A DNA stretch of 63,758 nucleotides from Lama glama (lineage: Eukaryota), in the NCBI GenBank assembly GCA_028534125.1, contig CM052816.1, positions 3,784,001 to 3,847,758 of the forward strand, in the 5' to 3' direction. Shown here piece by piece: positions 39,011-51,472 of this stretch. The notes beneath the pieces are model-generated. The model did not search any database and had not been told where the DNA came from. It saw only the letters and a list, made by a program, of their open reading frames with translations. Position numbers and translations under genes: made by a program. Every line of letters starts with the position of its first letter. The first letter of the stretch is position 1.

Positions 39011-39298
39011 CAGTAAACAATTTTATGGTTACCGGGGGAAAGGAGATGGGAAGGGATAAATTTGGGAGTTTGAGATTTGCAAAGGTTAATCACTATATAT
39101 ATAAAAATAGATAAAAAGCAAATTTCTTCCATATAGCACAGGGAACTATATTCAATATCTTGTAATAACCTTTAATGAAAAAGAATATAAAAATTAATAA
39201 ATGAATGTATATGCATGACTGGGACACTGTGCTGTACACCAGAAACTGACACATGACTGACACTAACACTGACTGTACTTCAATTAAAAAAAAAAAAA
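39011..39298 (+). mobile_element. Short L1 3'UTR with poly(A)
   Basis: Highly similar to the 3' end of the L1 at 16340-16610; A-run near 39286-39298. Confidence 0.92.
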
Positions 39299-39459
39299 GT
39301 AACTGGCAGAAGGAACATCTGACACTTTCCTCAAGGGAAAAAAAAATGAACATTATAGTTACTCTGTCCACAGATACTGTAATCATTATTTGATGTCAGT
39401 ATGTGTAAAACAGTCAGAGTAACACAATGAAAAATATCACCGATCCCTTACAATACTCC

Positions 39460-39660
39460 AGGCAATATGCTAAGCATTCAACATACACTGACTGCTTGTA
39501 ACAACCCCTGAGGTAGTTCCATTATTAACCACATATGTAGAAGATAAAATTAAGCCGCCAAAGCAAATTATTTGCCCAAGGACAAATAACTAGTAAGCAC
39601 TGAGGCTGGGACTTGAAATCAAGCCTAAGTCTAATGGTTAGATTCTTAAATAAACTGCGC
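39460..39660 (-). mobile_element. MIR SINE
   Basis: 'acaacccctgaggtag...ttgcccaaggacaaataactagtaagcactgaggctgggacttgaa'. Confidence 0.7.
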
Positions 39661-39829
39661 TGTATCGTGCCTGGTGTGGACAGTATGTTCCAGGGGGTGG
39701 GGGCAGAAGAACAAAAAGGCAAGTCAGACATGCCACTGCTCTCATTAGTTAGCAGTCTCCTAGAGGGGATGAGATCCAAGCACAATGGGAGAACGTCAAA
39801 GAAGGGCCAATGACATTCCAGAATGGGAC

Positions 39830-39917
39830 TCTAAAACTTAGAGCATACGGCATGTGCATTCAAAGTACTGGGATCTAAAACTCAGAGCATATGGCATGTG
39901 CATTCAAAGCACTGGAA
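39830..39917. repeat. 44-bp tandem duplication (2 copies, 40/44 identical)
   Basis: tctaaaacttagagcatacggcatgtgcattcaaagtactggga / tctaaaactcagagcatatggcatgtgcattcaaagcactggaa. Confidence 0.95.
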
Positions 39918-41345
39918 TCAGAATTAGGGAGAAAATAAAGCAATGGAAAGGAGGTGCCCAGGCAAAGTGGGATCCTCAAGTGGAGAACAGCGCTTCATTT
40001 CTTTCAGTACTTCGAGAACAGCTCTCAACTCTGACAGGTCAGCCTATACTGATCACAGTGCTGTCGTAAGGCCAGAGTCTCGGGGTCACCTCGTCTGTGG
40101 GTAAGTTTCTTTTGCCACAGTCCACAGCCATAGATTCGACCAAGGATGGCAAGTGTGGTTATGTGTGATGCCACCCCCGCTCTGAAATGCAGAGCAGATG
40201 GGATAGACAGGCCACAGCACCCAGCCTGTGTTGTTAGGGAAAGCCTCAGTGTCCTTCTCGGCCCTCTGCTCCAGGCATTAATGGAGCTGATGGCATACGG
40301 AGTGAAAATTATCTCACTTTTCTAGGTTTCTTCTATCTGTAGGTTACACCTCACCTGCAAAAAAAATTTGTAAGTGCGGTATCAACAGCATTAGGCAAAA
40401 CAGGGAGTTTGAGCATCACAGAGGCCCTGAGAATAACAGTTAAAATCAAGGTCAAAAGAGAGATCCAAGTCCTTTTGGCAGAGAGTGATTTTCTGTTAAA
40501 TTTAACAAGAGAGTTTACTGTAACTGATGACTGGATTTACCTCCAAGTTTCCTGGCAGCCACGGCAAAAAGGGAAATACTGTTAGGGACTATCATTGCCA
40601 TTTTCTGAGAAAGGGGAAGGCTAGAATTAGTTGTGAGGTATCTTTTGTTTCCTTTTGTGGGGCACTGAATTGCAAAAAATGTTGCTGCATGGTTCTTCAT
40701 GTAAGGATAATCAAATAACATGTAATACAGGTCATGTGCTTTAGAAAAAATGATTTATGTTGATGATGACTAACAGCAATTAAGTCAGGGTGGCTGCATG
40801 GTGACCTGTGCTTTTGGCCATAAGGCCATCTGTGGGAGTGTGCGTATTGCTCACTTCAATCTCTAACACTGGATACAACACCTCAAGAGCATGCTTTTGG
40901 AACCAAGGTCAGGCTGGAGGGTCAGGAAGCAGTCTTTGAAACAAGTATTTAGAGACTTTCTAGCAGACTCTCGATACCTAGCACAGCGCTCTTTTGAATA
41001 GACAATAGAGAAGTGAAGTTCTAAAGCCAATGCATGAAGTGGAATTAAGTCCAAAAAGTAAAAATTACCCTTGAAAGGTCTCTCACATTGTCCATAAAAT
41101 ACGGAATACACAGCATCTATCTGGGACCCTGTAAGTATCTGCTTATTACTTTATGATGCTTACAGCAATGTATAGCATGAAATAAAGATTATATAATGAA
41201 AACATTGAGTACATGATATTTTAGAAGCTTCTTTTTATCTACCTATTTAGGTATCACTGAACCCATTATTCTTCATTACAAGAGAGTGTGCAGAGTGGAA
41301 GTGGTGTGAGAAAAAGCACCGCTCTGCATAGACAGGTCTATGCCA

Positions 41346-41644
41346 ATGATGTCCCATAGAAATAGGAATACAAGCCACAAAGGCAATTTCTGAATAGCCA
41401 CATTAAAAAATGTTTTAAAAGGTGATATTAAATTTAATAATATTTTATTTAATCCAATATATCTGAAATACTATCACTTCATCATGTAACCAACTTTTTT
41501 TTTCTTTTTTAGTGCCCAGACTTCAAAATCTGGTGTATATTTTACATTTATAGGACATCTTGATGTAGATAAGCTACATTTCAAACCCTCCATAGCTTTA
41601 CGTGTGGCCCATGGTTAATATATTTACCATATCAGACAGTGCAG
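41346..41644. mobile_element. MER33-like hAT-Charlie element
   Basis: 'atagccacattaaaaaa...tttaataatattttatttaatccaatatatc...aaatctggtgtatattttaca...accatatcagacagtgcag'. Confidence 0.75.
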
Positions 41645-41873
41645 ATTTAAGGCTTTCCTACTCTCTGGCATTTTTTTTTTCAGGACTTTAATTTCTGAAA
41701 AATTCCAGCAAGAACCCATATTGCTGTGACCATTCAGGCTGCAGTGCCCTGAGCGATCTCTTCCACTCCACAGCCCTGGACTCTGATACTTGATCCCCTG
41801 GACTGGGTCTTGCCTCACAGATTGCTCTTTCAGGCTCAGAAGCAGCCGTGATTTCCCCAATTCAGCATCTCAG

Positions 41874-42084
41874 GATCTGCCGATACTAACTACTATACAT
41901 AAAATAGATGAACAACAAGGCCTTACTATACAGCACAGGGAACTGTATTCAATACCTTGCAAATAGCCTGTAATAAAAAGGAATATGAAAAGGAAAAAAA
42001 TGTATATATATGTATAACTGAATCATGCTGTAACCAGAAACTTACACAACATTGTAAATCAATTATACTTCAATAAAAAAAAAA
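41874..42084 (+). mobile_element. Short L1 3'UTR with poly(A)
   Basis: 'tatacagcacagggaactgtattcaatac...tatacttcaataaaaaaaaaaa'. Confidence 0.9.
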
Positions 42085-42089
42085 GTACG

Positions 42090-42352
42090 GTCCTGAAAAG
42101 TTCTATCCAGTGAAGTTAAGCATAAATAAATAGCATTCGTATTGGAAAGGAAGAACTAAAACTGTCCTTATTCACAGATATTAAAAAAAAAACTATCAAA
42201 ACTATTAGTAACAAGTTTAGCAAGGTCACAGGATACAAGATCCATATGCAAAAATCTATTGTATTTCTATATATTAGCAATGAAAAATCCAAAAATAAAA
42301 TAATTCTCTCCACCATAGCATCAAAAAGAATAAAAACCTTAGGAGAAATTTC
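42090..42352 (+). mobile_element. Old L1 ORF2 fragment
   Basis: 'attggaaaggaagaactaaaactgtccttattcacagat...agcaaggtcacaggatacaagatc...catagcatcaaaaagaataaaaaccttagga'. Confidence 0.85.
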
Positions 42353-43149
42353 TAGATCAAGATGGAGAGCCAAGACACCACGCAGAACACTCCTTCATCC
42401 TTACCTCCGAAGTTCTCATGGAAATAATCCTAGGTGTACATAAAAAGAGAGACTATGTATGTCCATGTGGGAAAGGAGGAAAAAGAGACAGACACTGACA
42501 TGCCACAAACACTAAGGAATTTCTGCAAGATAAAGTGCTAGTGAGACCTGACTAAGAAAAAGGCTCACTAGACAGGATGTTGACCAAGAAATAACAGCTT
42601 AATGTGTGTTCTCAAAAAGTAACTAACCACTAGTGGAATAAAAATCATAAAAAAAAAAAAGAAAGAGAACTAAATAGTCAGATGGCCAGACACAACAGTG
42701 GGGAAGGAGGAAGTTACTCCTTCCAGGGGCTCTGTGGGTTATGCTGATTCCTGAGTCACTAGCGGTCGTGATCCCAACAGGGGACCCAAACAGGTGATAT
42801 GTGTGATGAGTCAGGATTAAGAGGCAAAAGGAAGCATAGGGCCTCTTCACAGACTTGCTGGTGGAAGCCAAGGGGAAGAGAGTAAGCCGACCTTGAATCC
42901 CCAACCTGGGTTCCGAGCCCAGGTGTGCCTCTTGCCTCAGGTGCTCCTGTGAAAGACACCTCTTTAGCAAGTCTTTTTACATAACTTGCCTTTGGAAGGG
43001 GTCTGAAATTCACTGTAGGAGTATTTACATTCTCCCTGTTTGCTAACTTCCCGGGAGGGTAAGTATAAAGATCATCTCCCTCTTCTGACAGATGTAGATA
43101 AGAAAAACTCAGGCTCACACAGATAAAGAGACATAATAACAACAGAAGT

Positions 43150-43330
43150 TTCCAGCTAGGCACCTGTGGGCTATTTTGGGCCAGCAGATGCAGTTTTTTG
43201 GATCCGGCCAGTGTTTTAAATAGACCATGAAACAACACAAAAACTAAGCCATTTAGAGTGTGGGTTTCTCTTGAGAAAATCACAGGATTTAGCAACAAGG
43301 CTCAAATTCCTAAGTGATTACAATTGGCTG
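43150..43330. mobile_element. MER102-like hAT element
   Basis: 'tttgggccagcagatgcagttttt...cagtgttttaaa...tttctcttgagaaaatcacaggatttagcaac'. Confidence 0.45.
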
Positions 43331-44159
43331 AGACTTTTCACTTGGTTAGCAGCTCCAGGTCCAGAACCCTCCCTGTCCCCCAACTCCTAACAGCCTTTCC
43401 CTGTCCTTCTTTATCCATTTATCACTGGCCAGTCCTTATACATTTCTGAGATGAAGGCCTTAGCTTAATGCATCCAAATTTAAAGTGTGTACATTTTTTT
43501 TAATGGTGGAAACTTTAAGTTATAGGAATAAAGGCCTCACAGTGGAATTCCAAACACCAATATTCTAGGTGAGAGAAAAACTTGTTTTTGTTATGAATCT
43601 TCTCTTGGCTTTGAGACTACATCCTTTATCTTAATCTTCTCCCCAACATTACAGAACCCATTCTGATGTCCTCGATTTGTTAGGTGACAAAACCAATGCC
43701 GAGAGAGATTCAGAGACACGTTCAAAACCATGCTCATGCAGCACTGTCAGTGAACAGGTTGGAATCAGCTCCCCAAGCCATCTATCTATTACTTGATAGT
43801 GTTGCTGTCACCCAATTCTCAGGGAATATTGTGACCTTTTACATACATAGTGTTCTGTAGGTATGACCTTTCAAGGCAATAAAATCTGCGTGTTAATACC
43901 TAATGGGCCTCTTAAAACCTTGAGCAAGTTTCTTAACCTTCTGAGATTTAGCTTTCAAAGTTTTCTAAAAAGCACAACAAATTTTCAGTGGTGCAAACTG
44001 CTAGGAGAGTAAAGTGCCCAGCAGTATTTCTGTGAGAGAGTCCAGCTTCATAAAATGTTGACTTCATCGCCACCCCACCTCCAGTCTAGTTAACTAAATA
44101 AGCTAGTAGAGCAGTTACTATAATCATCCACCTACCATATGTGGTCAAAGCCATGCATT

Positions 44160-44600
44160 TGGCATAGAAGTGCCTCCTCTCTCAGTTCCAAGGGAAGACT
44201 GTGATTGACTCAAACCTGTCATGGTCATTTGATTCCCTTTGCACAGTGATGGGCTCCGACTGGGCATGCGAACTAAATTGGTCCAATCAGAGTGAATCCC
44301 AGGTATTTTAATGCACAGTAGCAGGGAGGGGAGAAGCTCTTTTATGCTTTAAACGTGTGGGATGCAAATGTGATGCCTGGAGCAGCTTCTGCCATTTTGC
44401 TACCAAGAGTGAAACCATCTGCAGAGAAGCCAACTAAAGAGAACCACAAAACTGAGGGAATCCCAGAAAAATGGAACTGAAATTCTAACCAAAGCCTTAC
44501 TTTCTCTGCATTTTTCTGTTTAGATCTACCAGTCAGGTACACTCTTTTTAATCTAGGCAAAGCGTTGTGTACAGTTGAAAGCACTCTTATGGTGCTTCCC
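44160..44600 (+). mobile_element. MLT1K/L-like LTR
   Basis: 'gggcatgcgaactaaattggtccaatcagagtgaatcccagg', 'tgatgcctggagcagcttctgccattttg'. Confidence 0.7.
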
Positions 44601-45281
44601 TACTGACTGCCAAGAGTATTTGTGTCAGCAACTTGCCTTGCTGCTGCTTCAACCATCCTAGTGGGGTGTGGAGAAGAAGTGTGAGGCAAAACTGCTGGAG
44701 AGCTGGCCCTTTCACCCATATGGCTCCTTCTAGGCCACCACACCCAACAAGACAGCAGCTGGTGGTGTCTGCTTTGGTTTAAAGTTACGGCAACTTCATA
44801 TATTTGGGTCAAGGTAGGTTACTACTTCATGGAAAGCACTGGGAAAACCAGGAAACCAGATTCTGGCACTTACTATAATATCACTCAGTAACCTGTGAGT
44901 GGGTAGTTCGTGTCAACTGTGCCTTCCAGCTTCTCTAGAGGAACCAAATTATACAAAGGAAGGGGAAGAGTCAAGTCATGCCAAGACTTTCCGAAAAGCC
45001 AGGGTTGACTGTTTCCTGACTGCCTTGTCTGTCTTCTCTATACGTAAGTCATTGTATTGGGGTGAAAAGGGAGCTGCAGGGGTTCTTGGAGTTGTGAGCT
45101 CGAGTAAGACACTACGATGGACAGTAGCCAAAGAAGTGACTCCTCCTCAGGTCTTAGTGCTTTAAAGTCGAAGGCAGGGCTCCCCAAATCCAATGCCCAA
45201 AGGGGCTGGGCAGGTGCCTTGAATGAATGAAATGGATGCCCAGGTGGAGGCCTGGAGAGAGTGTGGACCCTCAAAGAGACA

Positions 45282-45420
45282 TAAAATCTATTAAAACCTA
45301 TTTTTTAATGTAAAATCTATTTTTATGAGACTGACGTGCTACCTACTGTGCTAACGAGGCACCTTAAAATCTATTTTTAATGTAAAATCTTAAAATCTAT
45401 TTTTTAATGTAAAATTTTAT
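45282..45420. repeat. Degenerate AT-rich minisatellite (taaaatctattttt(t)aatg units)
   Basis: About six partial copies in two blocks separated by a ~35-bp spacer. Confidence 0.8.
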
Positions 45421-46639
45421 TAATTAAACATTTTTTTCTTCTTCTCTCTCTCTGCACTGAGAAGATCAAATAAAACACTTGAGTGGGTAGATCTGGCTCT
45501 CAGGCTAAAGACAACTGAAGGAACTGGCTGGATTACCAGAAAGGAGTAACAGGTGGCAGCCTTTTGCTTTTAAGGATTTCCAGGGGACAGCAACTGAGCG
45601 AGATGGGGAAGGTGGAGGGAGGACTGTGGCTCCCATGAGCGGCCTGAACACAGATATCCTAGGGGACAGGCTCCCACTGGGGTGGCTGCCTGGACTCCTG
45701 TCGGGACAGAAGCTCTCTGCAGTAGTCTCGGGAGCTTCCATGAGATGTCTGTGGGTGAGGGTCACAGTGAGAGCAGAGCTGCCTGCACAGCCATCTGCTC
45801 TTGTAATGACCTCGCTGGAAGGGGACTGACCTCACGAGTGACTGCCATCAGGGTCTGTGGCCAAGGACATCTCCTGGCTTGAGGAAGGGACCCACTCAAA
45901 TTCCCGATACACGCTTCTCATCCATCTCCGTGAAATGACAAAAATAAAGAAATCGGACAGGCCATGGAGTAGTCACAGCTGATCCTATAGAAAGAGTTAT
46001 TTCCACCTGAGCTGAGGACTAGAACTGCTATTCAACACTCCAGGTTCACAGAGCTGGTAAAGGACAACATTCACACTCAAAGTCTAGACCCCAGGCTCCG
46101 TGCCCACTGATGCTGCTGCCTCCCCCATGCTCTCCCTGCGGGTCCCGCTGCATGTCTATCCCTCATTATTCTGAACCCTCCCTAGATGGCAGGGGCAGTG
46201 TGGTCCAGAGATTCCAAGAGTATCTGATGAAGACACTATTTTTTTCTCTACTGTCTATTGACTGTCTATGGAATGAATACTCTAGAGAATACCCTTTGAG
46301 AAATATTGTGTCATGCAGCTAAAGACAGAGAAAATAAGTGAAGAAAATAAGTGACTTAAAGGTATATTTTACCTCCATTGCTGTTAGTTCAGTTCATTAC
46401 AACAAAATTTAGATGCAGTGTCCATGGCCTCATCGCCACATTGTGGGGTTGCTCTTGATTATTTTTAAACTGTACGAGGTGGGATTCGAAGTCCAGTTGC
46501 TAGGTCATCAGGACCACTTTCCAACAAAACCTTTTGCAAATTGTTAAATACCAAGTGCTCCAAGACGTGTGCCCAGATCGCTGCCATGATGCTCCATTTC
46601 TGGAGGTGACTGACTGATGACATCAGGAGGCCAATGCCA

Positions 46640-47321
46640 CTGAAACAAGCAATTACTCCTTTCCCTTCCTGAGAGAACGGGGCTGGCCACACCACCCAGG
46701 GCCACAGGGAGAAGCACCAGGCTTGGTCAGGCAGGAGCAGGAATGCTGGGGGAGCCCAGGCCAGAGGCTTTACTGGGTTTTCCCCAGGAAAGGCCAGGCA
46801 AGGCAGAGTAAAAGTTTGGATTGGCTATGTTGAATAATCCCAGTGGGCTTTGGCTATCGAGGTGGTCTCTGTCTGCTACCTGACCCTGGGATGCTTGCAG
46901 GCAGGGGAAATATTGAACCGGTGTATGGGGGTCAGATAAGGAGGTTGCTGGGACTGCAGACCTGGGATTGCATGTGAAAGGTGTGCCCCCAGGCATGTGA
47001 TTATCTGTGAATCACAGTCGACCCTTGAACAACACGGGCTGAACCGCATGGGTCCACTTAAACACATGGGTTTACTTTCAGTGAACGTACTACAGTCGGA
47101 CATGAGTCACCACTGTTAAATCTGCAGATGGATGACTGCAGGCAGGGTAGCCATCTAAAATCATATACAGGTTTTCAACTGTGCAGGGGTTGGTGCTCTT
47201 AATCTCTGTGTTGTTCAAGGGTCCGCCAATAGCCCTGGCAGGGATGGTGTCTTTCTGGGTCTGTAAGGCCCCCAAATGCCAGAGCATCCAAAACAGAGAA
47301 AATAAGAAAATACAGTTAATA
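46640..47321 (-). mobile_element. MER74/MER54-like ERVL LTR interrupted by a Tigger element
   Basis: Minus-strand start 'tattaactgtattttcttattttctctgttttggatgctctggcatttgggggcc'; + strand 'ggccaggcaaggcagagtaaaagtttggattggcta'. Confidence 0.65.
47015..47228 (+). mobile_element. Tigger2a-like non-autonomous TcMar element
   Basis: TIRs cagtcgacccttgaacaac / gttgttcaagggtc. Confidence 0.85.
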
Positions 47322-48825
47322 GAACCGCTTCTGTGATAAATGGACACCAAACAGACAAATACAAAAAAAATCTAAAAACACACACTGAGAACATCATGGC
47401 AATCAGCCAGGAAGATGCAGTTGTTGGTATCAAGGAAACAGACAGGGAAAGGTCCCTCCAAAGTTCTCTTGAGATACAGTCCCCGTAGCAGAGGCCAAGC
47501 GCAGAGAACACTGGCACCAACTACAACAGAACCAGTCAGGGACGACTTTTCTGCCCTCTTCCCTCCTCTCCCTGGAATGACTGAAATGAGGTTGTTTTTG
47601 TCACTTGAACTGTCCAGATGACTGGTTTTATCTGAGAGTGACTGGAGAAGCCATGGGGGGTGCCCTTCATTCACCCAAGGTCAGGGGAAGCGCTGGGTGT
47701 ACTGAGTGGGTTCTGATGGGTTACCCTGCGTTTGGGAGAATAACCTTGCTGTTTGATAGCATCTTACGAGTCTTGCTTGCTTTGCTCAATGTCCTGGTCC
47801 CACCATAGTCTAATATAAAAACATACATGTGTCTAAACAAATACCATATTTTGCTGGTTCCATTCCACTCAATGGGGCTCAACAATACTGATTCTTTCAA
47901 AGTAAAAACAGAATACAGAAAGAATTGAGTCTGAAATACTCTTTCAAACTACTTTTCAGCTCATTTAGCACTGACAATTGTATGGGTTTCCTTTTTTTTT
48001 CCCCTCCTTAAATTCACTGAATTAACACTCAATGTCTAAAATCACTATTGCCTGCAGTTCAAGGATATTGGATGTTCCCACAAATCTTCTCGTAGGCCCA
48101 TAAAACACCTTTCTCTAAAAAAGAAATCCCTGCTGAGATCACAGTGCTAAGATCTATTTTGGGACAAACCTGTTACTCAGATCAGCACACCAGCTGGCCT
48201 GGATGCGTATTTTTAAAACAAAAGGATTCAGTTTACCTATCAGCCCGTACATGACTAGGATTCCCAGAGTCATTGTTACAGGAAGCTGCCAGGATGGCTT
48301 CCTCCCTCAGGTGACAATTTTCCTCTGCAACAATCCTGCTGAAGAAGTTGGGGATTTACTATTCACCGCCTTTCAATTTCCCCATGTGCAACATTTAGCC
48401 AGAGAAGCATTACATGAGGCCCTGTTTTCTTGAAGGCATTTTTCTTTTCTCCAACTTCAGATATGGTTCTTCTATGCCCTGATCTCCAAATTAACTCCAA
48501 CGGCCTCTCTTTCAAAGTTTGGAAGTTAAAGTCTCCTTACGGCCATGTTTGAGTATAATGGTTATACCAGAATTTAGTTTTTCTGGATGTAAGTGGTGAG
48601 CAATGATGATTACTGATTTTTTTTTCTCTCTTCTAATCCCCTCCCTTTCTCAGCTTCTCTCTCACCTGCATTCTGCTTCCACCCTGGTGTCTCCCACCTG
48701 TGCACACCCAATTCATATCTTGAATGCATTGTTTTTCACTACTGTATGGAGTTTTCAAAGATTAACTCAAATTGATATTTCCTGGGTCCAAATGCAAACC
48801 CCAGAAATGTAACTGGCAGGTGCCA

Positions 48826-48826
<1 letters not shown>

Positions 48827-48866
<40 letters not shown>
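48827..48866. repeat. (CAGA)10 tetranucleotide microsatellite
   Basis: Perfect run read directly. Confidence 0.97.
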
Positions 48867-48867
<1 letters not shown>

Positions 48868-49480
48868 CTGCAGGTCTCTGCACATCCTACGCTGTCCTCC
48901 TAGACCCCAAGTTCAAGAACCAGCCACGCAGGGGGCTACTTGGAAGTGATCCAGTTCTTGGCTTGGTTTGCTGATAAATCACCGGGAGACCCGGGCTCGT
49001 CAAGCCCGCTCTGGCATCAGTGGTGAGGAAGAGCTGACTGCTGCCTGCACGCTGGGCAAACCACTACAAAGCAGCTAGATGGCCTCCCTCGGATTTCTTA
49101 CCCTACAGCCCAAGGGGTCTTCACCTGCAAGCCCCAGGGCATCCTATTCCAAGAAACGTGCTGCCCCTTCTGCACATCTTTCTTTTCTCCCCCTTTCTGC
49201 CTTTCTCACATCTGGCCACTGCCTCCATCAAGTGCTTCACTGCTCCTCATTCTGTGTCCCCACCCCAAACCTCTAGGATTCTAACAGGTCTCCTGAAAAC
49301 TGTAACATCCTGAGTTGGGTGCGTGAGGCTGCCAAAGAAACAGATACATCTGCAGAGCCCTCCAGGAGGCATCGCAGCTCTGGTATTTGGGGGAGTTTTT
49401 GCTTGCTACTGAGGGGCTTGCTGAACGTGCTGGCTTGAGGGAGGGGCTGGAAGTAAACGGAGAATTGGAGAATCGTAGAG

Positions 49481-49580
49481 NNNNNNNNNNNNNNNNNNNN
49501 NNNNNNNNNNNNNNNNNNNNNNNNNNNNNNNNNNNNNNNNNNNNNNNNNNNNNNNNNNNNNNNNNNNNNNNNNNNNNNNN
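49481..49580. other. Assembly gap (100 N)
   Basis: Run of N. Confidence 1.
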
Positions 49581-49734
49581 ACTTGGAAGAGAGGCTAACT
49601 TGCAGTACTTAAGGCACAGAAAACCTGTGCCAACCTATCATTGGGTGTAAAAGGAAGAGGGGGGCTTCCTGTATCACCGGAGGTGAGTGGAACCAGGCAT
49701 ATTTTGCCAGTTATTAGTGTGAGAAAATATTAGC

Positions 49735-49915
49735 CAATAGCTGTCATTTATTTAACACTTACTGCATATCAGTCACTACACCACGCTCTTTCTCTCCATG
49801 CATTAGCTCCTTTAGTCTTTATAACAACTCAGTAGTATTGGCACTATTATGATCATTATTTTGTAGTCAGGGAAACTAAGGCTTGGAGCAGTTCATGAAA
49901 TTCCCAAGGTCAGAT
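49735..49915 (-). mobile_element. MIR SINE
   Basis: 'catttatttaacacttactg...ggaaactaaggcttggagcag...cccaaggtca'. Confidence 0.75.
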
Positions 49916-50498
49916 GGCTGAACCCTGAGACCCAGGGCTTGTCTACCAAGTTACTACTACCCCAAAAGCACAGCAGAACTAGGTCAAATAGACCCTGGGC
50001 GCACACTGAGCATCCCTCCTTCCTCACAGCCTGAGCTCTGAGGTTCCCTGTCTACCTGCTCCCCCAATTAGCCTTTTAAAAATCCCAAATTAGAGAGGGC
50101 ACATCTCTAAACTGGTTTCTGCTTCAATCAGGACCCAAATTAAATCTGTTTCCTTTCCAACCCAGCTGGCTGCTCTTTCTGTGACCAGCTGGAGCGGCTC
50201 CCACCTCACCAGAGCGCTGTCGGCAGGGCTGCAGTGGCCCCGGTTCCCTGGCAGCTGCTGCATCAAAGAACTGACCCGGGCCGCCACGGCAGCGCTAAGG
50301 AGTCTGTCCAAGCTGCCTACAGGCGAGGAGGGGCTGCAGCCAGGATTTGCTCGGGTTTAGAGCCAGGATGACCACGAAAGCGCACGGTGTGGCTTCTGAC
50401 GTGTTTGATGGAGATCTTGACACACCGTGCTTATGTGAGGCGGAACCATTTGGAAGCAGCGTTATTCGGGACCACTGAATTCCACAGGGGCCATCCCA

Positions 50499-50729
50499 CA
50501 GTGTCTCCACTTTGCACGACGGACATTTTGGGGTGACAGTTCTTTGTGGCAGGGACCATGCTGGGTCCTGTGCGCTGGAAGGCATCCAGCATCCCTGGCC
50601 TCGATCCAGTAAACAGCAGGCACACCCCACTCCCCAATCCTCCTCCTACTTGTGATGACCAAAAATAATCTTCCGACACTGCCACATGTCCTTTGGGGGA
50701 CAAAATCACCCCCCGTTTGAGAACCACTG
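50499..50729 (-). mobile_element. MER20
   Basis: + strand 'cagcatccctggcctc...atgtcctttgggggacaaaatcaccccccgtttgagaaccactg' is the MER20 reverse complement. Confidence 0.88.
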
Positions 50730-51131
50730 CATTTTCCGACCTTGACAAAGCTGTGGTGTAACACGGAAAACTGAGTGAGTCAGGTCAGGAGTCAGGGCAT
50801 GTGAGTTTCTGACTCCATGCAGCTCTCGCTCGCTTTGGGAACGTCCCTGTTGCTCTCTGGGCCTGTTTCCATACCTAGGAAAAATGAAGGAGCTGGGAAA
50901 TATAATCTTGTAATTCAAAGTCCAGTCCTAGACTGTGTCTGAAGTTTCGGGAAAATAAAACTCTATCCACAGTAGAGAACTGGTGTCAGAGGGATTCAAA
51001 CTCATCTAGTTTATTAATTACGCAGCTTATTTCTTGCACACTGCACTCAAAGCCTTGTGATATGACAAAAATGAGTCAAATATGATATAGACCACTATTT
51101 CTTAAAAGGCAGTCAGTGGACAATCATCCGG

Positions 51132-51320
51132 GTAAAAATTTTTGTTGTTAACATTTACATAAAAAAAATTTCCACTTAATTTTTTAAGCTTATTATTTTG
51201 CAGGGGGGAGGCCATTAAGTTTTTTATTTAATTTTTTTCTAACCAGAGGTACTGGGGATTGAACCCAGGACCTCGTGCATACTATGCATGTGCTCTACCA
51301 CTGAGCTATACCCTCCCCCA
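51132..51320 (-). mobile_element. Vic-1-like tRNA-Ala-derived SINE (camelid) with 14-bp TSD
   Basis: Minus strand GGGGAGGGTATAGCTCAGTGGTAGAGCAC...GGTCCTGGGTTCAATCCCCAGTACCTC (A and B boxes), A-rich linker, CCTCCCCCC; TSD ggacaatcatccgg (51118-51131) / ggacaatcatctgg (51321-51334). Confidence 0.9.
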
Positions 51321-51472
51321 GGACAATCATCTGGAATGCTACTTAAAAACAGATTCCTTGGCTCAAAGCCAAATCTAATGAATCATTATATCTGCAAGAT
51401 GAGGCCTGAGAATCAATATTTTAATAAACTCCCTGAGTAATTCTCGTACATACTGCAGTTTGAGAACCACCA
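51321..51472. mobile_element. MER5-type hAT element (the SINE inserted at or into its left part)
   Basis: 'taaaaacagattccttgg...tttaataaactccctgagtaattctcgtacatactgcagtttgagaaccac'. Confidence 0.75.

Noticed and set aside
46329..46354. 13-bp tandem duplication agaaaataagtga
   Set aside because: Common slippage product
51246..51319. tRNA-Ala gene
   Set aside because: The tRNA-like head is followed by a SINE tail and flanked by a TSD
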